Positions 27,724 through 41,355 of a stretch of 64,000 nucleotides of DNA are shown here, piece after piece. Below the pieces are notes generated by a model. It did no database searches, was not told where the DNA came from, and worked only from the letters and a program-made list of their open reading frames with translations. The DNA lies in the NCBI GenBank assembly GCA_951406725.2, contig OX597832.1:28892001-28956000 (forward strand), read 5' to 3'. The DNA is from Octopus vulgaris. Lineage: Eukaryota. The position numbers and the translations under genes were made by a program. Position 1 is the first letter of the stretch; each line of letters starts with the position of its first letter.

Positions 27724-28052
27724 GTGAGGGCGCGTGGCTTAGTGGTTAGGGCATTCGGCTCATGATCGTAAGGTTGTGAGTTCGATTCCCGGCGACGCGT
27801 TGTGTCCTTGAGCAAGACACTTTATTTCACGTTGCTCCAGTCCACTCAGCTGGCAAAAATGAGTTGTACTTGTATTTCAAAGGGTCAGCCTTGTCACTCT
27901 CTGTGTCACGCTGATTATCCCCGAGAACTACGTTAAGGGTACACGTGTCTGTGGAATGCTCAGCCATTTGCACGTTAATTTCACGAGCAAGCTGTTCCGT
28001 TGATCGTATCAGCTGGGACCCTCGTCGACGTAACCGGCGGAGTCTTTTTTAA
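27724..28052 (+). mobile_element. SINE group C, full length, with 13-bp TSD
   Basis: tRNA-like head ggcgcgtggcttagtggttagggcattcggctcatgatcgtaaggttgtgagttcgattccc. TSD AGAAGTTCAAGCA at 27711-27723 and 28053-28065. Confidence 0.93.
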
Positions 28053-28084
28053 AGAAGTTCAAGCAATACGAGTTACTGTATGGA

Positions 28085-28260
28085 TAACAAAATAGGAATT
28101 TTGAAAGAAATCTCTATAAAACTAGATTTTAAACATCGAATGGTTTGCGGGTAGGTTGTCACCCAGAATAAAATGATATTCAAAGAAGTCCATAAATAAA
28201 AAATGGCTGAGATCTACTGATGTAGTCAGCACCTCCCCATAGTACCTATTTACACTCAAG
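28085..28260 (-). pseudogene. Possible highly decayed Tc1/mariner-type transposase C-terminus
   Basis: Mixed frames give SVDLS / FYLWTSLNII / PQTIRCLKSSFIEISFKIP, which weakly echoes SPDL.P.DF.LW..LK..VY...P.T...LK..I......IP. Confidence 0.3.
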
Positions 28261-28322
28261 TTGACTGAGCTTCCTCTCGAAGAAGGCTTATACGGGTTAG
28301 TCAAGAATTCAATGTTCTAGAC

Positions 28323-28541
28323 CAGTGGTTTTCAACCAGGGTTCCGCGGAACCTTAGGGTTCCGCCAGTACAGTTCAGGGGTTCCGCAAGAAGTTACAAA
28401 AATGCTAAAATCGACAGTAATTTTTAATTCTCCTGTGCAGATATGTGTGCATAAGACAATTAAATTATTGCACAGGGGTTCCTCGAGCCAGTGAAATGTT
28501 TCCTTGGGGTTCTGCTCCAGTAAAGAGGTTGAAAAGCACTG
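28323..28541 (+). mobile_element. hAT (Charlie-like) MITE with perfect 8-bp TSD
   Basis: TIRs CAGTGGTTTTCAACC / GGTTGAAAAGCACTG. TSD TTCTAGAC at 28315-28322 and 28542-28549 fits the NTCTAGAN preference. Internal GGGTTCC repeats. A second copy is at 63498-63716. Confidence 0.92.
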
Positions 28542-28839
28542 TTCTAGACACAGACACGGCGGACTTAACTCTGAGAATATCCGACCACATCAAAAAATGG
28601 TAACTCTCAGGAAGCAAGCGAATGGTTTCTGAATTTGAATATTTCAAGCAAGTTGGTGTGTGTTTGTGTAGAAAGTCAATTTGTCACAAGATCGATCGAT
28701 CGAACGTACTGGCTTATTGACTTCTCCTCGACTTTTCCGTTTCAATAACACTGCTTATAACTCACCATGGAACCTATTATTAAAACAAGTCTATAATTTC
28801 GAGAAATGAAACGTTTTCAAATAGGAAAGAAGCGAGACA

Positions 28840-28889
<50 letters not shown>

Positions 28890-29031
28890 GGTGTGTGTGT
28901 GTGTGTGTGTGTGTGTGGTTTCACAGTTAAGAGATATTGTTTGCAACTGTTGTAAATCACTGCACTTTCACCACACATATGTACGTATGTATATGAACAT
29001 GTCCACCTCTATTTGTCCCTCTGCCAATCTA

Positions 29032-29087
<56 letters not shown>

Positions 29088-29106
29088 ACATGTATGTATA
29101 TATATT

Positions 29107-29372
29107 GTGGAGGCACAATGGCACAGTGGTTTCGATTCCCAGACTAGGTGTTGGGTGTGTTTATGGAGCGAAAACACCTAAAGCTCCACGAGGCTCCGGC
29201 GACCCCTGTTGTACTCTTTCGCCCCCAACTTTCTCTTACTCTTTCTTCCTGTTTCTTGAGTAACGCTGCGATGGACTGGCGTTCTGTCCAGCGGGGGATG
29301 GGGGAAGGCCACAGAAACCGGGAAACTGGGCCCATGAGCCTGGCTAGGCTTGAAAAGGGCGCATAAATAAAT
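29107..29372 (+). mobile_element. SINE group D (tail type 2), with a deletion in the head
   Basis: gtggaggcacaatggcacagtggtttcgattccc...cttgagtaacgctgcgatggactggcgt...aggcttgaaaagggcgc(ataa)n. Confidence 0.85.
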
Positions 29373-29424
29373 ATATATATATCTGTCTATTATGTATCTA
29401 TCTATCCACCCATCTCTCTCTCTC

Positions 29425-29456
<32 letters not shown>

Positions 29457-29482
29457 ATCATTAATCATTAATTAATTTCACC

Positions 29483-29515
<33 letters not shown>

Positions 29516-29723
29516 TATCCACACGAGTGGATAATATCCGTCAGATGAAAATAAAGCTTTCTGATTTCGGCAGAAGAGCCATCAAAATTGAGGGGCGGGG
29601 AAAGGAGGGGACTGAGTCGATATCATCGACACCAGTATTTGACTGGTACTACATTTTATCAAGCCTGAAAGGATGAAAGTTACTGATAGTGGGAAGGAAA
29701 GCTTTTCCACTAATCGCAACCCT

Positions 29724-29724
<1 letters not shown>

Positions 29725-29764
<40 letters not shown>

Positions 29765-29879
29765 GCAACTACTGCTGCTGCTGCTGCTACTATGGAGATA
29801 GTGATGGTGATCTTGATCCTAGTAGCAGTGTTGGTGCTGGGAGTTGTTATGGTGACGAACGTAGTAGTAGTAGTAGTCA

Positions 29880-29952
<73 letters not shown>

Positions 29953-29981
29953 GGTGGTGGTGGTGGTGGTGGTGGTGGTGG
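29725..29981. repeat. (TAC)n/(TGC)n/(AGT)n/(GGT)n trinucleotide cluster
   Basis: Directly visible. Confidence 0.95.
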
Positions 29982-30279
29982 TTTTAGTATGTGTAGTTAT
30001 GGTGTGTGGCTGAGGTCCAGCCAAGCCTTGGACATTTTTAAAACGTTGCTCAAAGTGAGGAATTATTTAACAACAATTAGTTGAAACTAGTCTAATTAAA
30101 CTCTTATTCTATTGTTGCTAATTAGCTGACATTAGTCTAGTTTCAACATTGTTTACTTTAATTGTAGTTTGGCCGGTTGGTATAATCGGTAGAGCATTGG
30201 GACGACTTCTGGTGTCTAGTTGTGTATGTTTTAGTTATGCGTTCAAATCCCGCCGAGATCAACTTTGCTCTTTCAAGCT

Positions 30280-30643
30280 GGAGAGAGGGAATGAGAAAGA
30301 GAGGGAGAGAATGAGAGAGAGGGGGAGATCTGAGAAAGGGAGGGGGAGAGAGAGAAGGGGAAGGGGAAAGATGGAGTGGGTGGGAGAGAGAGAAACAGAG
30401 AGACAAAGAGGGAAGAAACAGAGAGGGAGAGAGAGAAGAAACAGAGAAAGAGAGATACAGAGAGAGAGAGAGAGAGGAAAAGAGAAAGATAAAGAAACAG
30501 TTAGACAGAGAGAGAACAAAATACAGAGAGAGAAAGAAACAGAGAGAGAGAGAGAGAGAAAAAACAGAAAGGGAGAGAACGAGAGAGAGAGAGAGAAACA
30601 GAAAGGGAGAGAGAACGAGAGCGAGAGAAATAGAAAGAGAGAG

Positions 30644-30688
<45 letters not shown>

Positions 30689-30780
30689 ACGAGAGCGAGA
30701 GAAATAGAAAGGGAGAGAACGAGAGAGAGAGAGAGAGAGAGAAACAGAAAGGGAGAGAGAACGAGAGAGAGAGAGAGAAA
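30280..30780. repeat. GA-rich polypurine low-complexity tract
   Basis: Directly visible. Confidence 0.92.
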
Positions 30781-31264
30781 TATATAGGGGTCACTCCTTT
30801 AGATTTTGGTTCCTTATAAGACCCGAACTCTTTCTAGAAATCAGGGCCCCATCTCAACAAGGATTTCCTCGGAAATAAAAGAAAACCTGTTGATGGCAGA
30901 TTCTTGGTTGTTGCTTAAATCTGTGACCGAGAATTTTTTATGTCTCTTAATCCTTTGTGTTCGGTTGGTACAAGGGTTGGGTTGGTGGTGGAGGGGATTC
31001 TCTGGTTTTATGCGATTCTTGGAATTGTCATGTGCAAGTTATTCAGGTATTGGTGGCAGCCATATTGGAATGGTAATTGGTGGAGATTTCGTTGGGTGTT
31101 GGGGGGGGGGGGGTCGCACCTTCTTAACAACAATCCAATCCAACACAAGTTTTCAGAGATTTTTATGCAGATTCTAAACACAAATACACAAATTATCGAA
31201 TCTTTTTACACGCCGCTGAACACTCTTCTGTGCTATAAATGGTGCAGAGTATATATGGATGTGT

Positions 31265-31622
31265 GTGTATATACATACATACATACATACAGACATTTAC
31301 ATACATACATATAGATATAAATATGTGCATGTGTTCATATACATACATATGTGAGTATACATACATTCATACATTCATACATACATACATACATAAATAC
31401 ATGCATACATACATACATATATATATATTTATACATACATACATACATACGTACATACATACATACATACATATATATATATAATATTATATGTATTATA
31501 TCATGTTATATTATAACTATATTATATACACATATATGCATGTGTGCGCATGTATATGTGTGTGTGTATACATACATTTATACATATATATATATATATT
31601 TATACATACATACATACGTACA

Positions 31623-31658
<36 letters not shown>

Positions 31659-31764
31659 TAATATTATATGTATTATATCATATTATTATATTATATTATA
31701 ACTATATTATATACACATATATGCATGTGTGTGCATATATATGTGTGTGCGTATACATACATTT

Positions 31765-31814
<50 letters not shown>

Positions 31815-31920
31815 TTATTTATACATACATTCATACATGCATGCATACATACATACATACATACATACATACATACATACATACATACATACATACATAC
31901 GTACATACATACATACACAC

Positions 31921-31992
<72 letters not shown>
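31265..31992. repeat. (TACA)n/(TA)n region with a ~180-bp local duplication
   Basis: ataatattatatgtattatatcat...ataactatattatatacacatatatgcatgtgtg occurs at ~31480 and ~31658. Confidence 0.85.
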
Positions 31993-32560
31993 GGTGGCGC
32001 TTACGTTTTACAGTAAAGTTAATTGGATTCTAAAACAAACAAAAAGACTTCCATATTGAGGGCCCTTGAAATCTTTTCCACTTCATCACATTTAAAGCCA
32101 TTTGTAAAATTAATTTCAAGTCCGTGTAAAAGAAACTGGCTTCGTATAAACAGACATTGGAGATTCTGCTTCTATTTTAGTGCCAGAAAATCACTGTTTA
32201 CTAGCGAAGACACCATGTTTTAGAGAAGTAAAACTTTAGTAGCCCCAGATGTATTCGCTTAATGACGCTAATGGCTTCCCTCATTCTTTGCTTCCGGTAT
32301 GTTGGACACAAACGAGAGATGATGATGATGGTGATGATGATGATGATGGCGATGACCACGACGATGGTGATGATGATGATGATGGGACGGGCTCGTCAGC
32401 ATCTAATGCTCGACATTCGCGATCGATCGATAAGCGAACAGTTCACCGAGTTTATATCAACTAAATCTATAAACATCCAGTGTGTATATTTACTGCCTAC
32501 ACACACTCACAACCCAATAATTTCCCGTTTTTGTCCTTTTCTTTCTCTTTATATTTATAT

Positions 32561-32604
<44 letters not shown>

Positions 32605-32746
32605 CTGTCTCTCTCTCAGTCTCTGTTTACGTTTGTGTATCTCTTCCTCGCCCTCATTCTCTCTCTGTTTCCCTCCATCTTTCAATTTCGTTATTTATAT
32701 TTTCTACAAATGTGTCTTGTTCTTCCCATTTCCGAACAGGTTTCTG

Positions 32747-33227
32747 AAGGAAAGAAAGGAAGGAAGGAAGGAAGGAAGGATGGAAGGAAGGAAGAAGAAA
32801 GGAAGGAAGAAAGAAAGAAAGAAAAAGAGAAAAAAGAACAAAGAAAGAAAGGAATGAATGAATGAATGAAGGCGGGAAGGAAGGAAGGAAGGAAGGAAGA
32901 AGAAAGGAAAGAAGGAACAAAGAAAGAAACAAAGGAAGAAACAAAGAAAGAAAAGAGAAAGAGAAAGAAAGAAAGAAAGAAAGAAAGAAAAAGAGAAAAA
33001 AGAACAAAGAAAGAAAGGAATGAATGAATGAATGAAGGCGGGAAGGAAGGAAGGAAGAAGAAAGGAAAGAAGGAACAAAGAAAGAAACAAAGGAAGAAAC
33101 AAAGAAAGAAAAGAGAAAGAGAAAGAAAGAAAGAAAGAAAAAGAGAAAAAAGAACAAAGAAAGAAAGGAATGAATGAATGAATGAAGGCGGGAAGGAAGG
33201 AAGGAAGGAAGAAGAAAGGAAAGAAGG

Positions 33228-33262
<35 letters not shown>

Positions 33263-33468
33263 GAAAGAGAAAGAAAGAAAGAAAGAAAAAAGAACGAAAA
33301 AGAGAAAAACGAAGAAAGAAAGAAAGGAATGAAGGAAGGAAGGAAGGTAGGAAGGAAGAAAGGAATGAATGAATGAAGGAAGGGAGGTAGGAAGGAAGGT
33401 AGGGAGGAAGGAAGGAAGGAAAGAAGGAAGGCAGGAAGGCGGAGATGAAAGGAGAAGGAAAAGATAGA
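32747..33468. repeat. Polypurine tract containing three tandem ~150-165-bp units
   Basis: Units start (GAAT)4GAAGGCGGGAAGG at ~32852, ~33017 and ~33167. Confidence 0.9.
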
Positions 33469-33556
33469 ATTTTAAAAAGATACAAAATCGTTATTTTTCC
33501 AAGATTGAGAAATGTAATTCAATTCTAAAAATTGAAAGGTTTAAATATTCATGCAC

Positions 33557-33619
<63 letters not shown>

Positions 33620-33754
33620 TACATGCAGACACTCACGTACATGCACTTACACATTCACACACACAAACACACACACACACGCATACATACGTACAAGTAC
33701 ATTTACAAATACACATACAGAGACACACACCATTTTCATTTACTTATTGATTAA

Positions 33755-33785
<31 letters not shown>

Positions 33786-34571
33786 GTTATTATTATTATT
33801 ATTTGCTTGTGGAATCATAACTTTATGTGTCACGCTTCCCCTTGTTCAAACGATTGAAGGATGTATACATAAAACCAAAGACATTTAAACAAATACATTT
33901 GCGACAAGGTATAGGCAAACATATTCGTAACCACATTGGAAAATGATTGGCCAACCGTATATGGAGATTTTATTGGTTGTCGAAAAAGAAACACTAGAAA
34001 ATACTTCGCATATTCATCTATTCATTACCTACCATGCACATATTCTTAGAATCTTCGATTAGAAAGAAATCGGAAATCAAAGCAGATTTCCAAATTTTTC
34101 AATATATTCTTCAATTCACGAGTCAAAAAAAGACAAAAAAGAAAATTCAGATTCGATATAGGTTCGATTTCATATAAATATACAAAGTTCGAAGTTATAT
34201 TTCATATTGCGTTCACTTCCCAGAAACAGAAATGTGATGGTTTTACTTTTATCTAATTTACTGAGTCTGACAAAAAGGTCAGTAGCCTTGACCCACTCAG
34301 GTCATCTGAGACCAATGAGCTTGGTGCCTAAATGCACCGATTAAGATATTGCAAGTCATTAGTAGCAGGAAAGACATGCGATGGGGAAAGATTCCAGAGG
34401 GATGAGGTCCCGAGGAAGAAGGATTGGCCGTAATGATTTGTTCAGGTTGGAGGGGGCACGGCGTGTGATGGATACCACATGGGTAACAAAAGGGGGGTCG
34501 GGTGGATCGGAGTTTCTTTTTTGTCTCCATATATCAACATCCCATACTTTGTTACATATTTTTAACGCTTG

Positions 34572-34735
34572 ACTGTTTGGTCGAGAAGCTTAGTTTGTAA
34601 CTACAAAGTTTCGGTTTCGGTCCCAAAGCGCGGCATTCTTGGGCAAGAGACTTCTACTATAGACCTAGGCTTACCAATTCCTTGTGAGTGAATTTGGTAG
34701 AAGGAAAGACAGAAACTATGTCAAAGCTTGTCGTG
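34572..34735 (+). mobile_element. SINE group A, diverged 5' half
   Basis: cttgggcaaga..cttctactatag.cct.ggc..accaa..ccttgtgagtgaatttggtaga.ggaaa. Confidence 0.7.
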
Positions 34736-34745
34736 TGTACATGTG

Positions 34746-34777
<32 letters not shown>

Positions 34778-34833
34778 TGTATGTATGTATATATGTATAT
34801 ATATATATACACATACATACATAACACACACGT

Positions 34834-34884
<51 letters not shown>

Positions 34885-35522
34885 GCAGGGTGTTACTTGC
34901 CATATGACGGGTAAGTTTGGAAGCATACTTTTGCCGCCATTGGTAATCTCAGAAGACGTTATGGCGTACAAACGAGAATTATAACTTGACTTTTATTTAT
35001 CAGTTTTCGTTGTGCTTTCGCAAAATGATGTAATGGATACGATTTTCAAAATAAAATTTAATAAAACAAATTTTTCATTTATATATTCGCAATAAATATA
35101 TGTTATTACTTTTCTAAATTTAATCAACATCATCGCAATATAATTCGACGGAAAATTTCCTTTAAAAAAACATGTCGCTTTTCTGACACTCACCCTGCAT
35201 TTCTTGTGCTAACTCTCTCTATATTTCTCTTTTACGCTCCACCCCCTCCTCTCTCTGTATGATGTAATGCGTGACACGAGAAACCAACCAATCCATTTAT
35301 ATATCGGCTATTATTACTCTTATTATCATTTTGATGAAAACTCTCAGCTTCTTTTGCTGGGTATGATGGAAAGTGTCAACTGTCCACACCCAACAGACTA
35401 AGGTAACACTTGTTTATTGGTCATGTTTCAAAAACCCTGCGGAGAATTCTTGCAATTCTAAGCAATGATGAGCTTTCTATGTGTTCTATCTTTACAGCTG
35501 TACCAATCATTTGGGGGGATGT

Positions 35523-35720
35523 TACTGTAAATCATCAAGTATAATCCGCCCTTGAGTATAATACGCAGGGGAGTTTTAGGGGGCTGTACTTCTGAAAAAC
35601 CTAAACCTTGTGTATGATACGCACCTCTTCTCTAACTTGAGTCGTGCGTAATTAAGCCAGCAGCACCTAGTCGAAGAAACACTTCCGCGCATGCGTAATA
35701 CAGTAATGGTGATGTTCTTA
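35523..35720. mobile_element. Possible pogo/Tc2-like DNA transposon end
   Basis: TA-CTGTAAATC start with subterminal direct repeats agtataatccgc / agtataatacgc / gtatgatacgc. No partner TIR found. Confidence 0.35.
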
Positions 35721-36354
35721 ACTGTTATATGGGAATGTAAATATGTTTGCAAATTGTTTTTGTTACATGTTATTCTGTGTTCTGAATACTTTTATTTTAA
35801 TAAATGTTGCTTACTGTAAGTTATGGATGATTCTTTTATGACTTCATTGCTTTCAGGCTTAGCTGAAGGTATTTTCAGTGTATACACAAATTTTAATGCT
35901 CTTTCATTTAGTTGATACAATTCTTTTCTCATATACATGCATACTTTTGAGATTACGCATGCGCTGTTATCATGTGCTTATTCAGTTTTTTGTTTTTTTT
36001 AAATCGCTATATTCTAAGACTCGTGTAATTTCTCTTAGAAATTATCTTCAGTAAAAGGACCGCCAGATGGAACCTGACCGTAGATTGTTTTTCCATGAAA
36101 CAGAATCTCCATCGCGTTTGGAAATATTGGCAATTTATAAATTGAAGAAATTCATTTGTTGCACAATTTCGTAGTCTAACTTCGCAAATACACATTTTAT
36201 TTCCTGCCGAGGATATGATACTTGTTCCAAGATATTTGGGTGTTTATTTTGTCACACAAAAAATATTTATTCTTTGAATATTAGTCAATGTATCAAATTC
36301 TCTAATTTTGGTGCAGATGCACTTCGTATACACTTCGTCTATATTTGAATGATT

Positions 36355-36541
36355 ATGCACACGCTCACACATGCAAACACACACACATGCACACAAACAC
36401 ACGTGCACAGACACACATACACATAAATTGTATATATATATAATAAAATATCATATTCATATGGATACAGACATAACACATATATGCAAACACTTACATA
36501 CATACATATACATACACATATATACATATACGCGTACATAC

Positions 36542-36599
<58 letters not shown>

Positions 36600-36737
36600 G
36601 TATGTATATACATATATATATATATACATACATCCACACACACACACATATATATATACATATATACATACATACATATACATACATATAAACATACAAT
36701 ACATACAAACATACATACATAAATACAGACATATATA

Positions 36738-36768
<31 letters not shown>

Positions 36769-36976
36769 CCACACACATACATTATACATTCATACATACA
36801 TACATTCATACATACATCCATACATACATGCACACACACATACATTCATACATACATACAAACATACATACATACATACATACATACATACATACATACA
36901 TACATACATACATACATACATACATGCACACACACATACATACATACATACATGCACACACACATACATACATACA

Positions 36977-37008
<32 letters not shown>

Positions 37009-37040
37009 CATACATACATACATATACACACATACATATT
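36355..37040. repeat. (CA)n/(TA)n/(CATA)n cluster
   Basis: Directly visible. Confidence 0.95.
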
Positions 37041-37496
37041 CACCTAATATATCTGTGCTGCTGCTGCTGCTGCTGCTCACAAAGGCAACCTGCATTGTTC
37101 TTCTGCAGGCAGGTGTTCCAAAAGCACAAAACCCTAACAATGATTCGAGAGACCTTGCCTTCACCCTCGCGCTGACCCTTTCACCCCTGGAGTGGAGCCA
37201 GTTTTGTTGAAATGAAATAAAAGTTACTTTTATTTATTTGCTCGGCTGCTAACAATATTTGAAATGCAGGCAAGAGCGAAGTGTTTCCATTTAAGTTCTG
37301 ACACATAACAGTCAAACACCTGTTTATTTCTGGAACTCGGCAGGTAAAAAAAACAACAACACTACTAAAGGTAGTCTTCGTGGGGAAGAGAAAACAAGTC
37401 CTTTGTAAATGAACCAAAAAAAAATCAAAGAAAAAAATTCAATATTGTCTATAGGATACGAATTGAGTTTCGTTGTTGATTTAAGATATTTTTGTA

Positions 37497-37900
37497 AGCG
37501 TAGGAGTGGCTGTGTGGTAAGTAGCTTGCTTACGAACCACATATGTTCCGGGTTCAGTCTCACTGCGTGGTACCTTGGACAAGTGTCTTCTGCTATAGCC
37601 TCGGGCCTACCAAAGCCTTGTAATTGGATTTGGTAGACGGAAACTGAAAGAAGCCCGTCGTATATATGTATATGTACGTGTGTGTATATGTTTGTGTGTC
37701 TGTGTTTGTCCCCCCAACATCGCTTGACAACCGATGCTGTGTTTATGTCCCCGTAATTTAGAAGTTCGGCAAAAGAGACCGATAAAATAAGTACTAGGCT
37801 TACAAAGAATAAGTCCTGGGGTCGATTTGCTCGACTAGAGGTGCTCCAGCATGGCCACAGTCAAATGACTGAAACAAGTAAAAGAGTAAAGAGTAAAGAG
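37497..37900 (+). mobile_element. SINE group A, full length
   Basis: tRNA-like head, central TA/TG repeat and tail ...actgaaacaagtaaaagagtaaagagtaaagag. Confidence 0.92.
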
Positions 37901-38341
37901 TCCAGCTCTGAACTACTGCGGCATTAAGTTATAGTGTTAACCCCTTTCGTATCTAGCTATGACAACAGTGAAAAGGCTCGTGGACGTGTGGTTAAACAAC
38001 TGGGTTCTTGATCATGAGGTCGTGTGTTCGATCTCTGTACTGATAGTATTGTTGCGTCCTTCAACAAGGCTCTTTACATTACTCCATTCTGCTGGTAGCA
38101 ATGAGCGTTCAGACTGACATTCCTCCTTTTAAAGGGAAACTGGACTCTACAGCAAGACGTGGAATTAGTTTCCAGTCCTCGATGACTATGTCGGGCAAAT
38201 GTGTTTGTATTTAGAAGTAAGTTTAGTTAAGAATGACGCAGCCATATTTCTTGGATTGATACGCGATAAGCGAAATAAATGCCTGTGGATTTGGTGACAC
38301 AGAGTCAGTCAGTGCCGTGGTTGGTTATGTATTTTTTTAAA

Positions 38342-38696
38342 TTCTTTTACTTGTTTCAGTCATTTGACTGCGGCTATGCTGGACATTGTTGTAGAGCTGA
38401 AAACGAGGTAATTTCTACTCTTCTCCTCTTGAAGCCATCTGCTCGCGATACCAGAGGGCGCACACTCTCCTACCCTGATGTAATCTCCAGGGATACAGGC
38501 ATCCAGCAACAGGACCTCCGTATGATGGACCGTGAAGTCTGGCGTAACATAGTAAATTCCATTGTCTCGACCACGGTCGAACAATGATGATGATGACGAC
38601 GGGTATCTTTCAGTTTCCGTCTACCAAATTGACTCACAAGGCTTTGGTCGGCCTAAGGCTATAGTAGAAGACACTTGCCCAAGGTGCCACGCAGGA
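38342..38696 (-). mobile_element. SINE group A whose middle is replaced by a LINE fragment
   Basis: SINE tail at 38342-38383; SINE 5' half at 38598-38696. Confidence 0.8.
38378..38600 (+). mobile_element. RTE-like LINE 3' end with (TGA)n tail
   Basis: AGHCCRAENEVISTLLLLKPS..TRGRTLSYPDVISRDTG....DLRMMDREVWR.IV...* has the GH..R / RGR....Y.D / DR..WR pattern of RTE ORF C-termini. The stop at 38585-38587 runs into the TGA repeat. Confidence 0.8.
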
Positions 38697-38875
38697 GAGA
38701 GGGTTCTTTTGCCAACACCATTCCTTGTATTTCTGGATTGCAGGGTATACAGGAAAGTGCTATATATTCCTTGGGAATTTCGTTCCCAGCTTGAAAAATA
38801 TTGCTTTCCTCGATCGCGAACACCAGATTTTTTGGTTCCATTCACTGTTGTTGTTGTTGTTGTTGTTTAGCAAGT

Positions 38876-39135
38876 TAAGACGCGTGGCTTAATGGTTAGG
38901 GTATTCAGCACACGATCGTAAGGTCACGAGTTCGATACCAAGCAACGCGTTGTGTCCTTCGGCAAGACTCTTTATTTCACGTTACCCCAATTCACTCAGC
39001 TGACAAAAATGAATTGTACCTACAATTCAAAGGGCCAGCATTATCTTGAGAACTACATTAAGGAAGCTCCTGTCAGTGGAGTACTCAGCCACTTACACAT
39101 TAATTCTACGAGCAGGCTGTTCCATTGATCGAATC
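38876..39135 (+). mobile_element. SINE group C, diverged
   Basis: gacgcgtggcttaatggttagggtattcagcacacgatcgtaaggtcacgagttcgatacc...acgagcaggctgttccattgatcg. Confidence 0.85.
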
Positions 39136-39354
39136 TACTCGTTGGGAATAAATGCAAAAAGTGTCGAAAGAGTTCAAAAAGTTCCCAAGAAATGGGGAGG
39201 TTTATCTGTGGAAAGAAAAACCTACGAAAAGACCACAGTAACCTCGGGCAATTACGTCACATATTAACATTTATTTACAAATAAGTAACTTTCTGTATTA
39301 AATATTTTTACGGTTCAAGGTGGCTTCGTCATTCATTCGTGCCATCCTTGCTAC

Positions 39355-39396
39355 AGATAGCTAGCTAGCTAGATACATAGATAGATATATAGATAA

Positions 39397-39478
<82 letters not shown>

Positions 39479-39499
39479 GGATGGATGGATGGATGGATG

Positions 39500-39565
<66 letters not shown>

Positions 39566-39607
39566 GGGAGGGAGAAAGAGAAAGAGAGAGAGACAGAGAG
39601 AGACAGA
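39355..39607. repeat. (GATA)n/(GATG)n/(GA)n
   Basis: Directly visible. Confidence 0.95.
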
Positions 39608-40283
39608 TTAGAATTTTCAAGTTAGAAGAAAATATATATTTGAAGTATTACGGATATGTATGTACGTAAAACATAATAGAATCACTAACAAAGCAACATT
39701 AAAGATCAAAAGATCGTAATTTATTCGTATATCCTTCGCTCAAACAGATCTTAATCGTGAAATGAAACAGAAAATTTATGCGGCTTCAAAATTAAAAATT
39801 AAAAATTAAGCATTCGTTTCGTTGCAGCGAAGCACGTGCGACCTCCCATTACAGAAAATTCTCATTCATCAGATGTTGTAGCTCTGATTCGAACCGGAAG
39901 TTACGACGTTTCATTGGAACAATTTCTACCACGATGTTTATAAACCTGAGACCCCGATAACCACTCAGCATTTACGTTTAGGTCTTAACTTATTATCTGT
40001 CCTGTGTAGCACATTTGATACTTAGCATATCTTTCCCTGGCGTTCATGCTTCATCATATATGATACACATTACCAATTTTTTTCAACTTGGGACTTATGA
40101 AAGAGATGCTTTATATTACCCACAACGTGTGAAACAAGGGGTTAACGAAAAATCTGAAAACAAGCATGGACGTTTAGAACAAACCCATGAAAAATTCTTT
40201 AGGTAGGAAAAGGGTTAAGCCTCGAAGAAAAGAAACCTTTCTCTTCATTTAGTCCTAATTACTTTATCTGTCTTCAAAGATAT

Positions 40284-40573
40284 TACGTCGTCGCCCTTTT
40301 CAAGCCTAACCAGGTCCATGGCCCCGGTTTCCGGTTTCTGTGGCCTATGTGTTCCCCCCAGCTGGACGGGACGCCAGTCCATCGCAGCGTTACTCAAGAA
40401 ACAGGAAGAGAGAGTGAGAGAAATTTGAGGCGAAAGAGTACAACAGGGGTCACCACCACCCGCTGCCGGAGCCTCGTGGAGTTTTTAGGTGTTTTCGCTC
40501 AATAAACACACATAACGCCTGGTCTGGGAATCGAAACCGCGATCCTCCGACCGCGAGTCTGCTGCCCTAACCA
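40284..40573 (-). mobile_element. SINE group D (tail type 2), slightly 5'-truncated, with 12-bp TSD
   Basis: TSD CTTCAAAGATAT at 40272-40283 and 40574-40585. Confidence 0.9.
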
Positions 40574-41063
40574 CTTCAAAGATATGGCATTACGTAAATC
40601 GGTGGGGGTTAAATGTTTCGGCCCAGGATACAGCAAAGGTGACAATATTTGAACTCATGATTTAATCATTCTTAGAGCTTCTTCCAGTTGGGTTGTATTC
40701 CTATGCAGCTTTTGGCGTTTCATTTCCTGGGTTGCCATCGAAGAGTCCATCTTTGTGAAAGGGTGTGTAAGGGAGAAGTCAAAAGAAAACCTGGTGAACT
40801 TCATTTAATTACTAGATGTCGCTGTAGTCGAACTCAGAACATCGACTGTAAAAATTGCCCTAACTAATTAATATTCAGTGTTGGATTACAACCTCACGTC
40901 CCTGGGAGCTTACCTCGATCACCCCTTCCTGACTTCCACCCGTAATTACAGTGTGGTCCCGAGGCAAATGTGGGGTGTGTATATCAGGTCGGTAGGTCAC
41001 ACTCGGTCGCTGATTTATTAAATCTATATGCGAGAAATGAGGATATATGTAAATGTCGGGCTC

Positions 41064-41084
41064 TGTGTGTGTGTCTGCATGTGT

Positions 41085-41122
<38 letters not shown>

Positions 41123-41315
41123 AAGTGTGTGTGTGTGTGTGTGTTGGTGTGTGTGTGTGTATGTGTGTGTGTGTGTATGTGTGTGTTTAGAAACAGGAAG
41201 TTAGGAGAAAAGAAACCGCGAACGTATACTGTATTTCCTGTTTGACAACTCACACAGCCCACTGATTCCTAGTTTGCTACCACCTCATAATACACACACA
41301 CCACACACACACACA

Positions 41316-41355
<40 letters not shown>

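Noticed and set aside
27724-27800. tRNA-like sequences at SINE heads (also 14498, 37497 and others)
   Set aside because: They have A and B boxes but continue into shared SINE bodies with TSDs; they are not tRNA genes.
34370-34490. Possible LINE C-terminal relic (G.R.RGR motif); a similar weak case lies at 38700-38845 on the minus strand
   Set aside because: Too degenerate to assign by eye.
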